DNA of 63,161 nt from Desulfobacteraceae bacterium (GCA_011372855.1 DSAE01000177.1:1-63161); one strand, 5' to 3'; positions 50,285 through 60,623 are shown, counted from the stretch's first letter. Made by a program: numbers and translations. The notes: generated by a model not told the origin, from the letters alone.

Positions 50285-51697
50285 ATGAAACCGAAAGAGC
50301 GCCTGGCGATTCCCCGGCAGAAGCCGAGGGAGCTCGATCCACGTGAGCGAATAACGAATTTCAGAGAAGTCACCCTCGGATTCGACGAACAAACGGCCAT
50401 TCTCGAAGCAAACCGGTGTCTGCAATGCAAAAAACCCGCCTGTATAGACGGCTGTCCGATTAACAACAATATTCCAGCATTTATCAACCTGCTGCGGAAC
50501 AGACAGTTTGAGGAAGGGTACTGGAAGATCCGGGAGACGAGCACAATGCCCGCTGTCTGTTCCAGGATATGTCCGCATGAGTTTCAGTGCGAAGGAGCCT
50601 GCCTGCGCGGCAAAAAGGGTGAGCCGGTCGCCATCGGCATGCTTGAGCGCTTTCTTGCCGACTGGATGGTGCTGAATAAAAAGAACCTTTTTCTCCCGTG
50701 CAAGGTTGACAGGGGAAAGAAGGTGGCCATAGTCGGTTCCGGACCGGCCGGCATCACCGTAGGCCATTATCTGGCCCACGAGGGCTATCAGTGCACCATA
50801 TTTGAAAGTCTGCCGGTGTTTGGCGGCATGCTTTCCGTCGGCATCCCCAATTATCGTCTGCCGCGCGACATCATCGGGGCGGAGCTGTATTCCCTTAAGA
50901 ACTGCGGTGTCGATATCGTCAACGGCGTAACCATAGGTCGTGACAAGACCCTCCGGGATCTGCAGGAAGAAGGATTCGAAGCTGTATTTCTGGGAATCGG
51001 AGCTCATGCCAGCAGAAAGCTCGGCCTCGAAGGCGAGGAGGGGACTGCCGGGGTCATTCATGGGGTGGATTATCTGCGCCGGGTCCTGACCGGCGAGGAC
51101 CTGGACATCGGTCGAACCGTCGTTGTCGTCGGCGGCGGCAATGTGGCCATTGATGTGGCCAGGTGCGCGCTGCGCAGGGGCTCAAGCAATGTGTTTATTC
51201 TCTATCGGCGGACCAAAAAAGAGATGCCGGCCTCCAGGGCGGAAATCCGTCATCTGGAGGAGGAGGGGGTTCGCATAGAAATGCTGGCCGCTCCGGTCAG
51301 CATTCAGGCGGAAAACGGCAAATTGACCGGGGTCGAATGCATCCGCATGGAACTGGGCGAACCGGATGAGTCGGGCCGGCGGCGGCCGGTGCCCCTGGAA
51401 GGCTCGAATTTTTTCATTGAAGCCGATTGCCTGATTCCGGCCATCAGTCAGAACGTTGACCATACAGCCGACAGCGGAATCAAATTCCAAATTGCCCCCT
51501 GGGGGACGTACGCGGTGGATCCCGTTACCCTGCAGACCAGTGTGCCATGGGTTTTCGCCGGAGGCGACAATGTCCTCGGGCCGCAGACGGCGGCCAAGGC
51601 GGTTTACCAGGGCAAAGTGGCGGCGGAATCCATCCAGCGGTACCTGGAAGGCATGGACCTGAAGGAAAACAGGAAGTTTCCCCAGAAATACATATAG
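50285..51697 (+). CDS. GltD/NfnB-family NAD(P)H-dependent iron-sulfur flavoprotein (glutamate synthase small-subunit-like)
   Basis: N-terminal Cys clusters (CLQCKKPACIDGCP, CSRICPHEFQCEGAC) and two Rossmann motifs (VAIVGSGPAG, VVVVGGGNVAID). Confidence 0.85.
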   Translation: MKPKERLAIPRQKPRELDPRERITNFREVTLGFDEQTAILEANRCLQCKKPACIDGCPINNNIPAFINLLRNRQFEEGYWKIRETSTMPAVCSRICPHEFQCEGACLRGKKGEPVAIGMLERFLADWMVLNKKNLFLPCKVDRGKKVAIVGSGPAGITVGHYLAHEGYQCTIFESLPVFGGMLSVGIPNYRLPRDIIGAELYSLKNCGVDIVNGVTIGRDKTLRDLQEEGFEAVFLGIGAHASRKLGLEGEEGTAGVIHGVDYLRRVLTGEDLDIGRTVVVVGGGNVAIDVARCALRRGSSNVFILYRRTKKEMPASRAEIRHLEEEGVRIEMLAAPVSIQAENGKLTGVECIRMELGEPDESGRRRPVPLEGSNFFIEADCLIPAISQNVDHTADSGIKFQIAPWGTYAVDPVTLQTSVPWVFAGGDNVLGPQTAAKAVYQGKVAAESIQRYLEGMDLKENRKFPQKYI

Positions 51698-51764
51698 GCC
51701 CAGGAACAGGGGCGGGCCGCTGATGACGGTGCAGCCTCACGCAAAGGCTTATCTCTCTGCCGGA

Positions 51765-53657
51765 TCAGAGCTGTAGGGCAGCCGTGGCCTGATGTTCGAC
51801 GTAGCCCGCCACGCCGGCCGCAATCCGGCCGGCGATTTCATCAAGGTAGTTCTCCTGCCGTAATTGCCCGGCATCCCCGGGATTGCTGATGAATGATATC
51901 TCCGCCAGGATCGAAGGCATTTCCGCGCCAATGAGCACATAGAATGGGGCTTGCTTGACGCCCAGATCCCTGGTCTGGAAATTGTTCGCCAGCAGACCCG
52001 ATACCAGACTGTTTTGTACATATTCGGCCAGGATGGACGATTCCTGAATTTTCGAATTCTGCATCAGATCCGTCAGGATATCCTGGAGGTCGCTGATGTT
52101 GTGGGTTGACGTCGCATTTTCCCGGGCGGCAACGCGCATTGCCTCGCTGTTGGTCGCCAGGTTCAGGTAAAAAGTTTCGATGCCGCGGGTGGTTTGCCGG
52201 GGATGGGCATTGACATGGATGGAGATGAAGAGGTCCGCCTTGGCGGTGTTGGCAATGGCGGTCCGCTCCTCCAGGGGCAGGGTCCGGTCATCCTCCCTGG
52301 TCAGAATGACGTCGTAGGCATAGGTGCTTCTGAGTCGTTGAGCGGTTTTTTTCGCCACCTGCAGGACGATATCCTTTTCCTTCAGACCATGGGCCATGGC
52401 GCCCGGATCCTTGCCGCCGTGACCGGGATCGATGACGATCCGTCGTACTCCCAGACCAAGCTGCTGAGCCAGGGAAAAGACCCCGGCCGATCCGTCTTCT
52501 CCGGTCCAGCTTGAACGCCCGGCGATTCGTTTGTGGTTGTCCTGCAGAACAATGAGGTGCTCTTCGGGATCGGCGGCAGCCATCTCCCGGTGCCCGGCGG
52601 GGACGGTTTTTTTCCGGACCGGCTCAAGGACCGGGAGGGGATCGCTTTTCATGGCCGTGATCCGTTCCCGCTGCAGCTCGGGCAGGGTCTTCGAGGCGGT
52701 TATGATTTTTTGCGGGCCATGAATATCGACAATGACCCGGAAAGGATCGTTGAGGCTGAAAATCTTGTAGGAGGAAATGGCTTCCACTTCAAGGTTGACA
52801 CGCACCGTGGTCGGGTCGAGTTGGACGGAGTGAATTTTTTGCAGCAGACCTTCCTGTATCGCCACCGGCACGGCATATCTGGCCTCGATGGCGCTCTGGG
52901 AAAAATCGATATGCAGCTTCCTGGGACGGCCCTCCTGCATGGCCGTCAGGGTTGAGGTGTAGCTGACAGCCGCCGAGGAGCTGATGACGATTCTGGAATA
53001 ATCGTCGGAGGACCAGTACTTGACCGGCAGGACCGCAACGAGGTCCTCCCTGTGTTCCGGCCCGGTCAGAACGGCGGGAAGCCCGGTGGCAAATTCGGCG
53101 TCGATTTCCCGCAACCGGCTGAGGGCCTGGCTGTACTTGTCGCCGTCGGGGAAGCGTTTGACCTGCAGGGCGTAGAGCTCGGCCGCCCGGTCCGGGTCTT
53201 TCCTGTCCTTCAGATGGATTTCAGCGCTCCAGAAGAGGGCGTCATCGGCAAGGGAATTGTCCGGGAAGGTCGTCCAGACCTGGTCGTAGTTGGCTATGGA
53301 TTCGTCCAGGTCGGCCTGGTCGGCGAACTGCATGTACATCCGGTAATAGAGCTTGGCCAGGGTAAAGAGGGAGCCGGGCGCAAACTGCCCCCCGGGCTCA
53401 TCGGCGTAAATCCGGCGAAAATCCCCGACGCACCGCAGCCAGTTCCGTCGATCGCTGCGGACCTGTTCATCACGCAGGAGAAGCAGGTAATAATCCTTGG
53501 CCTCCCGGTATCGGACCGCGATGGGGTTTGATCCGCCGTTGACGGGATCATCAGCGGCAAAGGCGGCGCCGGGCCCGCAGGTCATCAGGACAAAGAGGAC
53601 CGTGAGCAGCAGTATCGGGCAATTCAGGTATGCGGGCAGTATGCGGTCTCGTTCCAT
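51765..53657 (-). CDS. N-acetylmuramoyl-L-alanine amidase (Amidase_3) with N-terminal TPR-like and AMIN-like regions
   Basis: Signal peptide, then a YbgF/TPR-like region, and a catalytic block IVIDPGHGGKDPGA...FISIHVNA...APFYVL. Confidence 0.85.
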   Translation of the reverse strand: MERDRILPAYLNCPILLLTVLFVLMTCGPGAAFAADDPVNGGSNPIAVRYREAKDYYLLLLRDEQVRSDRRNWLRCVGDFRRIYADEPGGQFAPGSLFTLAKLYYRMYMQFADQADLDESIANYDQVWTTFPDNSLADDALFWSAEIHLKDRKDPDRAAELYALQVKRFPDGDKYSQALSRLREIDAEFATGLPAVLTGPEHREDLVAVLPVKYWSSDDYSRIVISSSAAVSYTSTLTAMQEGRPRKLHIDFSQSAIEARYAVPVAIQEGLLQKIHSVQLDPTTVRVNLEVEAISSYKIFSLNDPFRVIVDIHGPQKIITASKTLPELQRERITAMKSDPLPVLEPVRKKTVPAGHREMAAADPEEHLIVLQDNHKRIAGRSSWTGEDGSAGVFSLAQQLGLGVRRIVIDPGHGGKDPGAMAHGLKEKDIVLQVAKKTAQRLRSTYAYDVILTREDDRTLPLEERTAIANTAKADLFISIHVNAHPRQTTRGIETFYLNLATNSEAMRVAARENATSTHNISDLQDILTDLMQNSKIQESSILAEYVQNSLVSGLLANNFQTRDLGVKQAPFYVLIGAEMPSILAEISFISNPGDAGQLRQENYLDEIAGRIAAGVAGYVEHQATAALQL

Positions 53658-53810
53658 ATATGGAGGGCAACGGTCGATGGTCGTCCCTGCGGAGGAAGTA
53701 GTCTGTCGTCGTTTCCCCTGTATTATCCGGAAAAAAACAGATAAATTCCAGTAAAATCGTCACGATAAAATTATCACGGCGACCGGGCGGGGACAGGGAG
53801 GACGGCAACA

Positions 53811-56483
53811 CTATTCATTGTCGAGCAGGGTCCGAACTTCATAGAGCAGCTGCAAGGCTTCGAGGGGAGTCAGCTTGTCGGGCTTCAGGTCCCGGAGCAG
53901 TTTTCGCAGGGGATCATCCTGGGGCATGAACAGGGAAAGCTGGCTGGGATGGCTACGGTCTTTTTTTCTCGTTCTGGAGACGGCGATGGCCGGCTCCCCG
54001 TTCCGGTTGAACTCCCCCTGTTCTATATTCCGGAGGATTTCATGGGCCCTGCTCACCACGTGATCCGGCACGCCGGCCAAGGAGGCGACCTGGATGCCGT
54101 AGCTCCTGTTTGTCGCCCCCCTGACCAGGTGGTGAAGGAAAATAATGGAGTCGTTCCATTCGCGCACGGCAATGGAATAGTTCTGGATCCGCGGGTTGGT
54201 CGCGGCCAGGTCGGTCAGTTCATGGTAATGGGTGGCGAACAGGGTCTTGACGCCCCGGCCGTTTTTTTCCGACAATTCCTCGGTCACGGCCCAGGCGATG
54301 GCCAGGCCGTCGTACGTGGAGGTCCCCCGGCCGATCTCGTCAAGAATGACCAGGCTCTTGTCGGTGGCGTTGTGCAGGATGTTGGCGGTTTCGTTCATCT
54401 CCACCATGAAGGTCGACTGGCCCCGGCGCAGGTCGTCCATGGCGCCGACCCGGGTGAAGATGCGGTCGACGATGCATATTTCGGCATGTTCCGCGGGGAC
54501 GAAACTGCCGACGTGGGCCATCAGGACGATGAGGGCGGTCTGGCGAAGAACCGTCGATTTACCGGCCATGTTGGGGCCGGTGAGGATGAGCAGTTCATTT
54601 TCCTGGTGGTCGAGCTGTATATCGTTGGGAACAAACCGGCCAGGATCCATGGTCCGTTCGATGACCGGATGGCGTCCCGCGGTGATGGTGATCCGGTCGT
54701 CGTCGTTGATCACCGGCTTGGTGTAGTGATAGCGGTCTGCTGCTTCGGCAAGGGCGGTGAGAAAATCAAGGCGGGCAATCAGGCCGGCGGTCTGGAGAAT
54801 CCGGTCGCTCTGGCCGGCAATGTGGCTGCGGATATCGCAGAACAGGGTGTACTCCAGGTCCAGGCGTTTTTCCTGGGCCGAAGCGATATTGTTTTCCAGC
54901 TCCTTCAATTCGGGGGTGATGAACCGTTCGGCGTTGACCAGGGTCTGCTTGCGGATGAAGTAATCGGGAATATCGTTGGCCCGGGTGCGGCTCACCTCAA
55001 AATAGTAGCCGAATACCTTGTTGTAGCCGACCTTGAGTTTGGCAATACCGCTACGCTCCCGCTCCTGTTGCTCCAGGTTGAGGATCAGCTGTTTGCCGTC
55101 GCGCAGCAGGTGAATCAGCCCGTCCAGCTCCGCGTGGTACCCTTCCCGGATCAGGCCGCCTTCCCGGAGGGTGACCGGGGCGTCGTCGCGAATGGCCCTG
55201 TCAAGGAGGTCATGCAGATCGGCCAGTTCGTCCATTTCCCGGTCGATGTCGCGGGCCAGCCCGGCGGGGATGTCCCGGAGGAGGGTCTTGACTGCAGGCA
55301 GCTGCGCCAGGGAGACCTTGAGGGCGGTCATGTCCCGGGCATTGCCGTTGCCAAGGACCAGCCGGCTGCAAAGCCGCTCCAGGTCGTACATGTTCTGCAG
55401 CGCTTTTCTGAGGGCCAGCCGTCTGTTGCCGTCCCTGAAAAGCTGCTCGACCGCATCGAGCCGGCGCCGGATTTGCCGGGGGTCCTGGAGCGGAAACAGG
55501 AACCGGGTGCGCAGCAGGCGGGCGCCCATGGGGGTGCAGGTCAGGTCCAGAACGGCCAGGAGGGAGCCCTCCCTGCCGGAGCCGATAATGGTGGCGGTGA
55601 GTTCGAGGTTGCGGCGTGAGGATTCGTCAATAATCATGCAGTCGCCGCGGTTCAGAGGTCGCAGGCGCCGGATGAAGGACAGCTCGGTTTTCTGGGTTTC
55701 CCGGAGGTAGGCCAGCAGCGCCCCGGCCGCACCCAGCCCCGCTGTCATGTGTTCACAGCCGAAACCGGCGAGATTGGCGGTGCGGAAATGATCGGTCAGG
55801 GTCGCGAAGGCGACGTCGGGGGCAAAGGTGACGTCCTGGCGGGACGTGAGGCACAGGCCGGGAAGCAGGATCTGCAGGGTATTGAGGACCGGGTCGAGCA
55901 GCTCCCTGTCCTGTTCGGCAAGGATGATCTCCGCCGGCTGCATGAGGCTGATCTCTTCGACCAGTTGATCCGCTTTTCCCTGCGCCGTTTCCAATTCGGT
56001 GACCAGGAAGTCCCCGGTTGAGACGTCCAGAAAGCTCAAGCCGGTGATGGTTCTGCCTTTCGGAGCGGACAGGAGGGCGATGGCGCAGACATAGCGGTTG
56101 CTTTTTTCATCAAGGAGCTGCTCCTCGGTTGTCACCCCGGGGGTGACGACGCGGATGACCTCCCGATTGACAATGCCCTTGGCCTGGGCCGGGTCCTCGA
56201 TCTGCTCGCAGATGGCCACCCGGTGGCCGGCTTTGACCATTTTGGCCAGGTAGCCCGAAACCGCGTGAAAGGGGACGCCGCACATGGGGACCCTGTTCTC
56301 GTCGTCCCTGCTGCTGCGTGAAGTCAGCGTTATCCCGAGGATTTTGGAAGCAGTGACCGCATCGTCGAAGAACATCTCGTAAAAATCGCCCATGCGGTAA
56401 AAGAGGATGGCGTCCGGGTACTGTTCCTTGATGTCCAGGTACTGTTTGAGCATGGGGGTTATTTTGACCGGCCGGCTATTCAT
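53811..56483 (-). CDS. mutS: DNA mismatch repair protein MutS
   Basis: TPMLKQYLDIK, FYEMFFDDA, Walker A GPNMAGKST and TFMVEMNE. Start at ATG 56483 after GGAGGAAAACA. Confidence 0.96.
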   Translation of the reverse strand: MNSRPVKITPMLKQYLDIKEQYPDAILFYRMGDFYEMFFDDAVTASKILGITLTSRSSRDDENRVPMCGVPFHAVSGYLAKMVKAGHRVAICEQIEDPAQAKGIVNREVIRVVTPGVTTEEQLLDEKSNRYVCAIALLSAPKGRTITGLSFLDVSTGDFLVTELETAQGKADQLVEEISLMQPAEIILAEQDRELLDPVLNTLQILLPGLCLTSRQDVTFAPDVAFATLTDHFRTANLAGFGCEHMTAGLGAAGALLAYLRETQKTELSFIRRLRPLNRGDCMIIDESSRRNLELTATIIGSGREGSLLAVLDLTCTPMGARLLRTRFLFPLQDPRQIRRRLDAVEQLFRDGNRRLALRKALQNMYDLERLCSRLVLGNGNARDMTALKVSLAQLPAVKTLLRDIPAGLARDIDREMDELADLHDLLDRAIRDDAPVTLREGGLIREGYHAELDGLIHLLRDGKQLILNLEQQERERSGIAKLKVGYNKVFGYYFEVSRTRANDIPDYFIRKQTLVNAERFITPELKELENNIASAQEKRLDLEYTLFCDIRSHIAGQSDRILQTAGLIARLDFLTALAEAADRYHYTKPVINDDDRITITAGRHPVIERTMDPGRFVPNDIQLDHQENELLILTGPNMAGKSTVLRQTALIVLMAHVGSFVPAEHAEICIVDRIFTRVGAMDDLRRGQSTFMVEMNETANILHNATDKSLVILDEIGRGTSTYDGLAIAWAVTEELSEKNGRGVKTLFATHYHELTDLAATNPRIQNYSIAVREWNDSIIFLHHLVRGATNRSYGIQVASLAGVPDHVVSRAHEILRNIEQGEFNRNGEPAIAVSRTRKKDRSHPSQLSLFMPQDDPLRKLLRDLKPDKLTPLEALQLLYEVRTLLDNE

Positions 56484-56991
56484 TGTTTTCCTCCGGCGGG
56501 GCAAGGAGTTGAAAGTCCGGAAGCAGCATGTCGAAGGTTGCCTCGATATGCTGCGGGATGGTCCGGATTTCCGCGGTCACGGTCATGAAATTATGGTCGC
56601 CCTCCCAACGGGGGACAACGTGGATATGCAGGTGGTCGTCGATGCCCGCGCCGGCCGCCCTGCCCAGGTTGATGCCGATGTTGAAGCCGTCCGGGCGGAG
56701 GCGGTCTGCAAGTATCCGGCTGCAGTGCTGGAGCATGGTCATGAGGGCGAGGCTTTCCTGGGGGCCCAGGGCGGAAAGATCCCCCACATGACGTACGGGG
56801 GCCAGCAGCAGGTGGCCGTTGGCATAGGGATAGCGGTTGAGCAGGACCAAAACGAGCCGGTCCCGGTACAGGAGCAGCTGCTTCCGGTCCCAGGACCCTC
56901 GGCCCGGGGGGTCAAACAGGCAGCCCTCGGGACCGGGGACCGCTCCTGTTACATGCTCCATGCGCCAGGGATTCCAGAGGGTCTTCATCAT
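56476..56991 (-). CDS. HIT (histidine triad) family nucleotide hydrolase/transferase
   Basis: DDHLHIHVVPRWEGD histidine-triad motif. Overlaps the mutS start by 8 nt. Confidence 0.85.
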   Translation of the reverse strand: MMKTLWNPWRMEHVTGAVPGPEGCLFDPPGRGSWDRKQLLLYRDRLVLVLLNRYPYANGHLLLAPVRHVGDLSALGPQESLALMTMLQHCSRILADRLRPDGFNIGINLGRAAGAGIDDHLHIHVVPRWEGDHNFMTVTAEIRTIPQHIEATFDMLLPDFQLLAPPEENNE

Positions 56992-57482
56992 TATCCCCCT
57001 GTTTCATGGAGGGTGGCGGAAAGCTCCCTGCCCGCCTCAAGGATGGCATAGGTCCCGGGCGCCCCGTAGGGCCCGGTGCCGCGAAAGGAGCCGGGATTGA
57101 TGATCAGGACTCCGCCCGGCCGGTGGATGACGGGATGATGGGTATGGCCGTACACCAGGCAGTCGGCATCGGGGAACAGGCTCCACAGGGCCGATTCAAT
57201 GTCCCGGCCGAGATGGGCGCCGTGGGTCAGGCCTATGGTGAAATCTCCGAGCCGGAAGGCGATTTCCCGGGGCAGCGTACGGTGGCTGCCGGCGTCGCAC
57301 ATATTGCCGTGCACTGCGTAGACAGGGCGACCGGCGAATACCTCGAGCACCGCGGTGCCGGTCAGGTCGCCGGCATGGATGATGAGGTCGCAGTCCGCGA
57401 AGCACTTTTCGGCCAGTTCGATGAACCGCTCGTCCGGGCGGCTGAGGTGGGTGTCGGAGAGGATTCCTGCCTTGATTGTCAT
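56991..57482 (-). CDS. YfcE/MJ0936-family metallophosphoesterase
   Basis: ILSDTHL, HAGDL and GHTH motifs. TAATG junction with the HIT gene. Confidence 0.85.
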   Translation of the reverse strand: MTIKAGILSDTHLSRPDERFIELAEKCFADCDLIIHAGDLTGTAVLEVFAGRPVYAVHGNMCDAGSHRTLPREIAFRLGDFTIGLTHGAHLGRDIESALWSLFPDADCLVYGHTHHPVIHRPGGVLIINPGSFRGTGPYGAPGTYAILEAGRELSATLHETGG

Positions 57483-57572
57483 ACGCTGCCGGCTGCAAGA
57501 TTATCGAGGTGAAGCATAAACTTTCAGTTTATACAAGATCCCTGCTTATGACAAGAAAAGATAAGGAAGAAG

Positions 57573-57601
57573 TTGCAAAAACAACAGCCATCCCGTAACA
57601 T
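57573..57601 (+). promoter_or_regulatory. Candidate sigma-70 promoter for efp
   Basis: TTGCAA, a 17-nt spacer, then TAACAT, about 50 nt upstream of efp. Confidence 0.3.
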
Positions 57602-57649
57602 GTTTTCCGCTTTCATCAACCGCCAATTAATTTCTGTGAAGGAAGGAGT

Positions 57650-58213
57650 ATGTACAGCGCATCCGATTTACGAAAGGGTCTGAAGATACAGATAGACGGG
57701 GAACCGTACATTGTCATCGATTTCGAGTTTTCCAAGCCCGGCAAGGGGCAGGCCCTGTACCGGACCAAGATGCGGAACATGATTACCGGTAACCAGTTCA
57801 CCAACACGTATCGTTCCAACGACAAGTTCGAGAAGCCGGACCTGGAGGAACGGACCATGCAGTTCCTCTATTCCCAGGATGATGAATACCATTTCATGGA
57901 CACTTCTTCCTATGAGCAGATATTCCTGACCAGGGAGCAGCTCGGGGACAACCTGAACTACCTGGTGGACAATATGGAGGTGCAGGTGCTCTTTTTCGGG
58001 AGCAAGCCCATCGACATCAGCCTGCCCACCTTTGTCAACCTCGAGGTCATCAAGGCCGATCCGTGGGTCAAGGGCGACACTTCCGGAACGGATACCAAGC
58101 CGGTCACCGTCCAGACCGGCTATGTCGTCTGGGTGCCGCCCTTTGTGGAAGTGGGAGACCGCATCCAGATCGATACCCGCACCGGCGAGTATATTACCAG
58201 GGTCAAAGACTGA
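57650..58213 (+). CDS. efp: Elongation factor P
   Basis: SKPGKGQALYRTKMRN loop carrying the modifiable Lys. 187 aa. Confidence 0.95.
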   Translation: MYSASDLRKGLKIQIDGEPYIVIDFEFSKPGKGQALYRTKMRNMITGNQFTNTYRSNDKFEKPDLEERTMQFLYSQDDEYHFMDTSSYEQIFLTREQLGDNLNYLVDNMEVQVLFFGSKPIDISLPTFVNLEVIKADPWVKGDTSGTDTKPVTVQTGYVVWVPPFVEVGDRIQIDTRTGEYITRVKD

Positions 58214-58216
58214 TCG

Positions 58217-59137
58217 GTGATTTCTCCCAGGCGCCTTGGCCAGCGTTCCGCCGTGCTGGCCGCCGTCCGGTCCTTTTTCCTGGACCGGGGATATCTGGAG
58301 GTCGACACGCCGATCCGCCTGCCGGTCCTGCTGCCCGAGGCGCATATCAAGCCGTTCAGCTCCGAAGGGTGGTACCTGCAGACTTCGCCGGAACCGTGCA
58401 TGAAGCGGCTTCTGGCCCGGGGAAACACGAAGCTGTTTCAGATCTGCCATTGTTTCCGCAAAGAAGAGGAGGGCCGGCACCATCAGACCGAGTTTTCCCT
58501 CCTGGAATGGTACCGGACCGGCTGGTCGTATCGGGAACTGATGGAGGAATGCGAGGAATTCATCCGGTGGCTGGTCCGCGCGGTCCGGGCCCTTGACGGA
58601 ATCATCGGTCCCGATGCCCTGCGACGGCAGGGACGAACTATTTCCCTGCAGTCCCCCTGGGAGCGGCTGACCGTTGCGGAAGCATTCCTGCAGTATGCGG
58701 GCATGCCGGCCCGGGAGGCCCTGCGGCGGGACATGTTCGATGAACTGTTGGTCACCCGCGTTGAGCCCCGGCTTGGCTGGCGCGGGCCTGTTTTTCTGTA
58801 TGACTATCCCGCGGAACTTGCCTCCCTGGCACGAAAAAAGGCGGGAGATCCCACCGTGGCCGAACGCTTTGAGCTTTATATCGCCGGCATTGAGCTGGTC
58901 AACGGGTTCTCCGAACTGACCGATCCGGATGAACAGCGCCGCCGCTTTGCCCTGGAGCTCGACAAGTCGGCGGCAACCGGCAGCAACTACAGGGAGATGC
59001 CCCAAGGGTTCCTGGCCGATCTCGGCCGCCTGCCGGAGACGGCCGGTGCGGCCCTCGGTTTCGACCGGCTGTGCATGATCCTCATGGGCTGCCCGACAGT
59101 GGCGGACGCCATGTGTCTGCTCCCGGATCCTGCCTGA
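58217..59137 (+). CDS. epmA: EF-P--(R)-beta-lysine ligase (truncated class II LysRS paralogue)
   Basis: FFLDRGYLEVDTPI, FRKEEEGRHHQTEFSLLEWY and ERFELYIAGIELVNGFSEL. GTG start 3 nt after the efp stop. Confidence 0.85.
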   Translation: MISPRRLGQRSAVLAAVRSFFLDRGYLEVDTPIRLPVLLPEAHIKPFSSEGWYLQTSPEPCMKRLLARGNTKLFQICHCFRKEEEGRHHQTEFSLLEWYRTGWSYRELMEECEEFIRWLVRAVRALDGIIGPDALRRQGRTISLQSPWERLTVAEAFLQYAGMPAREALRRDMFDELLVTRVEPRLGWRGPVFLYDYPAELASLARKKAGDPTVAERFELYIAGIELVNGFSELTDPDEQRRRFALELDKSAATGSNYREMPQGFLADLGRLPETAGAALGFDRLCMILMGCPTVADAMCLLPDPA

Positions 59138-59148
59138 GCAAAGGCGCC

Positions 59149-60615
59149 ATGACCGGGTTTCCCATTGACCGGGCGGTAGCCCTGCTGGAGGAGGAAGTCA
59201 AGGGGCTCCAGGTTCCGGTCGTCGACCTGGTTGCGGCCCAGACCAGGGACCCGTTCAGGATCCTGGCGGCAACCATCCTTTCGGCCCGCACCAGGGATGA
59301 AGTGACCGCAGCGGCCTGCCGCCGGCTGTTCAAAAGGGCCGCCACCCCGGAGGACCTCGAGACCCTCCGGGTTGAGGAATTGGAACGGATAATTTATCCG
59401 GTGGGATTTTACCGCAGCAAGGCGAAGCATCTGGCCAGGCTGCCCGCGGCCCTGAGGGAACTTTTCCAGGGCCGCATCCCCGATGACGTGGAGTCGCTGG
59501 TCCGGCTGCCCGGCGTGGGAAGAAAAACCGCCAATCTGGTCGTGGCCGTCGCCTTCAACAAACCAGCCATCTGCGTCGACACCCATGTCCACCGGATCAT
59601 GAACATCTGGGGCTACGTGCAGACGAAAACCCCACTGGAAACGGAAACGGCTCTGCGGGAAAAACTCCCGGGGGAATACTGGATCCGCATCAATTCCCTC
59701 CTGGTTGCTTTCGGCCAGGCGGTCTGCAAACCGTTGCGACCCCACTGCGACCGGTGTATTCTTTTCGATATCTGTCCCCGGATCGGGGTCACGCCCAGGC
59801 GGCCCCCGAAAACTCAAGCCAGGCAGGTGCGGCAAAATATGACACGGGAAAACGTCAAAAAGCTTGTTTCCTGGAATGTCAACGGTCTGCGGGCTGCCCT
59901 GCAGAAGGGATTTGTGGATGTTTTCCGCGAACTGGACGCCGATATCGTCGCCCTCCAGGAAATCAAGGTAACCCCCGATCAGCTCCCGGACAATGTGGTC
60001 AACATGGACGGCTACGCGTCCTACTGGTACCCGGCGGGCAGGAAAGGATATTCAGGCACGGCGGTATTTACCCGGCTGGAGCCGGTCCAGGTCATCTACG
60101 GCCTGGACAACCATGAGTTTGATCAGGAAGGCAGGGCCCTTACCCTTGAGTTTGACGATTTTTACCTGATCAACCTTTATTTCCCCAACGCTCAGCCAGG
60201 GCTCAAGCGGCTTGATTTCAAAACAGCGTTCAACCGGGCCGTGCTTGCGTTCATCAGCAGGCTGGCCGGCAGGAAATCGGTGGTTGCCTGCGGTGACTTC
60301 AACGTGGCTCATAAGCCGATCGATCTGGCCAATCCGAAGGCCAACGAGCAGAATCCTGGATATTCGGCCCGGGAGCGGGCCTGGATGGATGAGGTCGTCG
60401 CCGCCGGATTTGTCGATACCTTTCGCAAGTTCAACCAGGAGCCGGGCCAGTACACCTGGTGGACCTACCGTTTTAACGCTCGGAGCAGGAACATCGGCTG
60501 GCGCATCGATTATTTTCTGGTCGATCCGGGCAGCGAGAAGAGGGTGGTCAGGGCGGCCATCCATGCCGATATAACCGGTTCCGACCACTGTCCGATCAGT
60601 ATCGAGTTCAAATGA
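59149..60615 (+). CDS. In-frame fusion of endonuclease III (Nth) and exodeoxyribonuclease III (Xth)
   Basis: N-terminal half: HhH-GPD (LPGVGRKTANLVV, VDTHVHR) and the 4Fe-4S loop CKPLRPHCDRCILFDIC. A 16-aa basic linker follows. C-terminal half is the EEP nuclease (LVSWNVNGLRAA, LQEIK, CGDFNVAH, SDHCPI). No stop codon lies between the halves. Confidence 0.8.
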   Translation: MTGFPIDRAVALLEEEVKGLQVPVVDLVAAQTRDPFRILAATILSARTRDEVTAAACRRLFKRAATPEDLETLRVEELERIIYPVGFYRSKAKHLARLPAALRELFQGRIPDDVESLVRLPGVGRKTANLVVAVAFNKPAICVDTHVHRIMNIWGYVQTKTPLETETALREKLPGEYWIRINSLLVAFGQAVCKPLRPHCDRCILFDICPRIGVTPRRPPKTQARQVRQNMTRENVKKLVSWNVNGLRAALQKGFVDVFRELDADIVALQEIKVTPDQLPDNVVNMDGYASYWYPAGRKGYSGTAVFTRLEPVQVIYGLDNHEFDQEGRALTLEFDDFYLINLYFPNAQPGLKRLDFKTAFNRAVLAFISRLAGRKSVVACGDFNVAHKPIDLANPKANEQNPGYSARERAWMDEVVAAGFVDTFRKFNQEPGQYTWWTYRFNARSRNIGWRIDYFLVDPGSEKRVVRAAIHADITGSDHCPISIEFK

Positions 60616-60623
60616 GAACCGGG

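Noticed and set aside
53949-55619. 556-aa plus-strand ORF within mutS
   Set aside because: It is antisense to canonical MutS (Walker A and mismatch-binding motifs are on the minus strand). Its sequence is low complexity.
57668-59005. 445-aa minus-strand ORF across efp and epmA
   Set aside because: It is antisense to two well-supported genes and bridges their junction. It has no motifs.
59839-60615. Treating exonuclease III as a separate gene starting at the internal ATG
   Set aside because: There is no stop codon between the Nth and Xth halves and both are in the same frame. It is therefore reported as one fusion ORF, with the internal start noted as an alternative.
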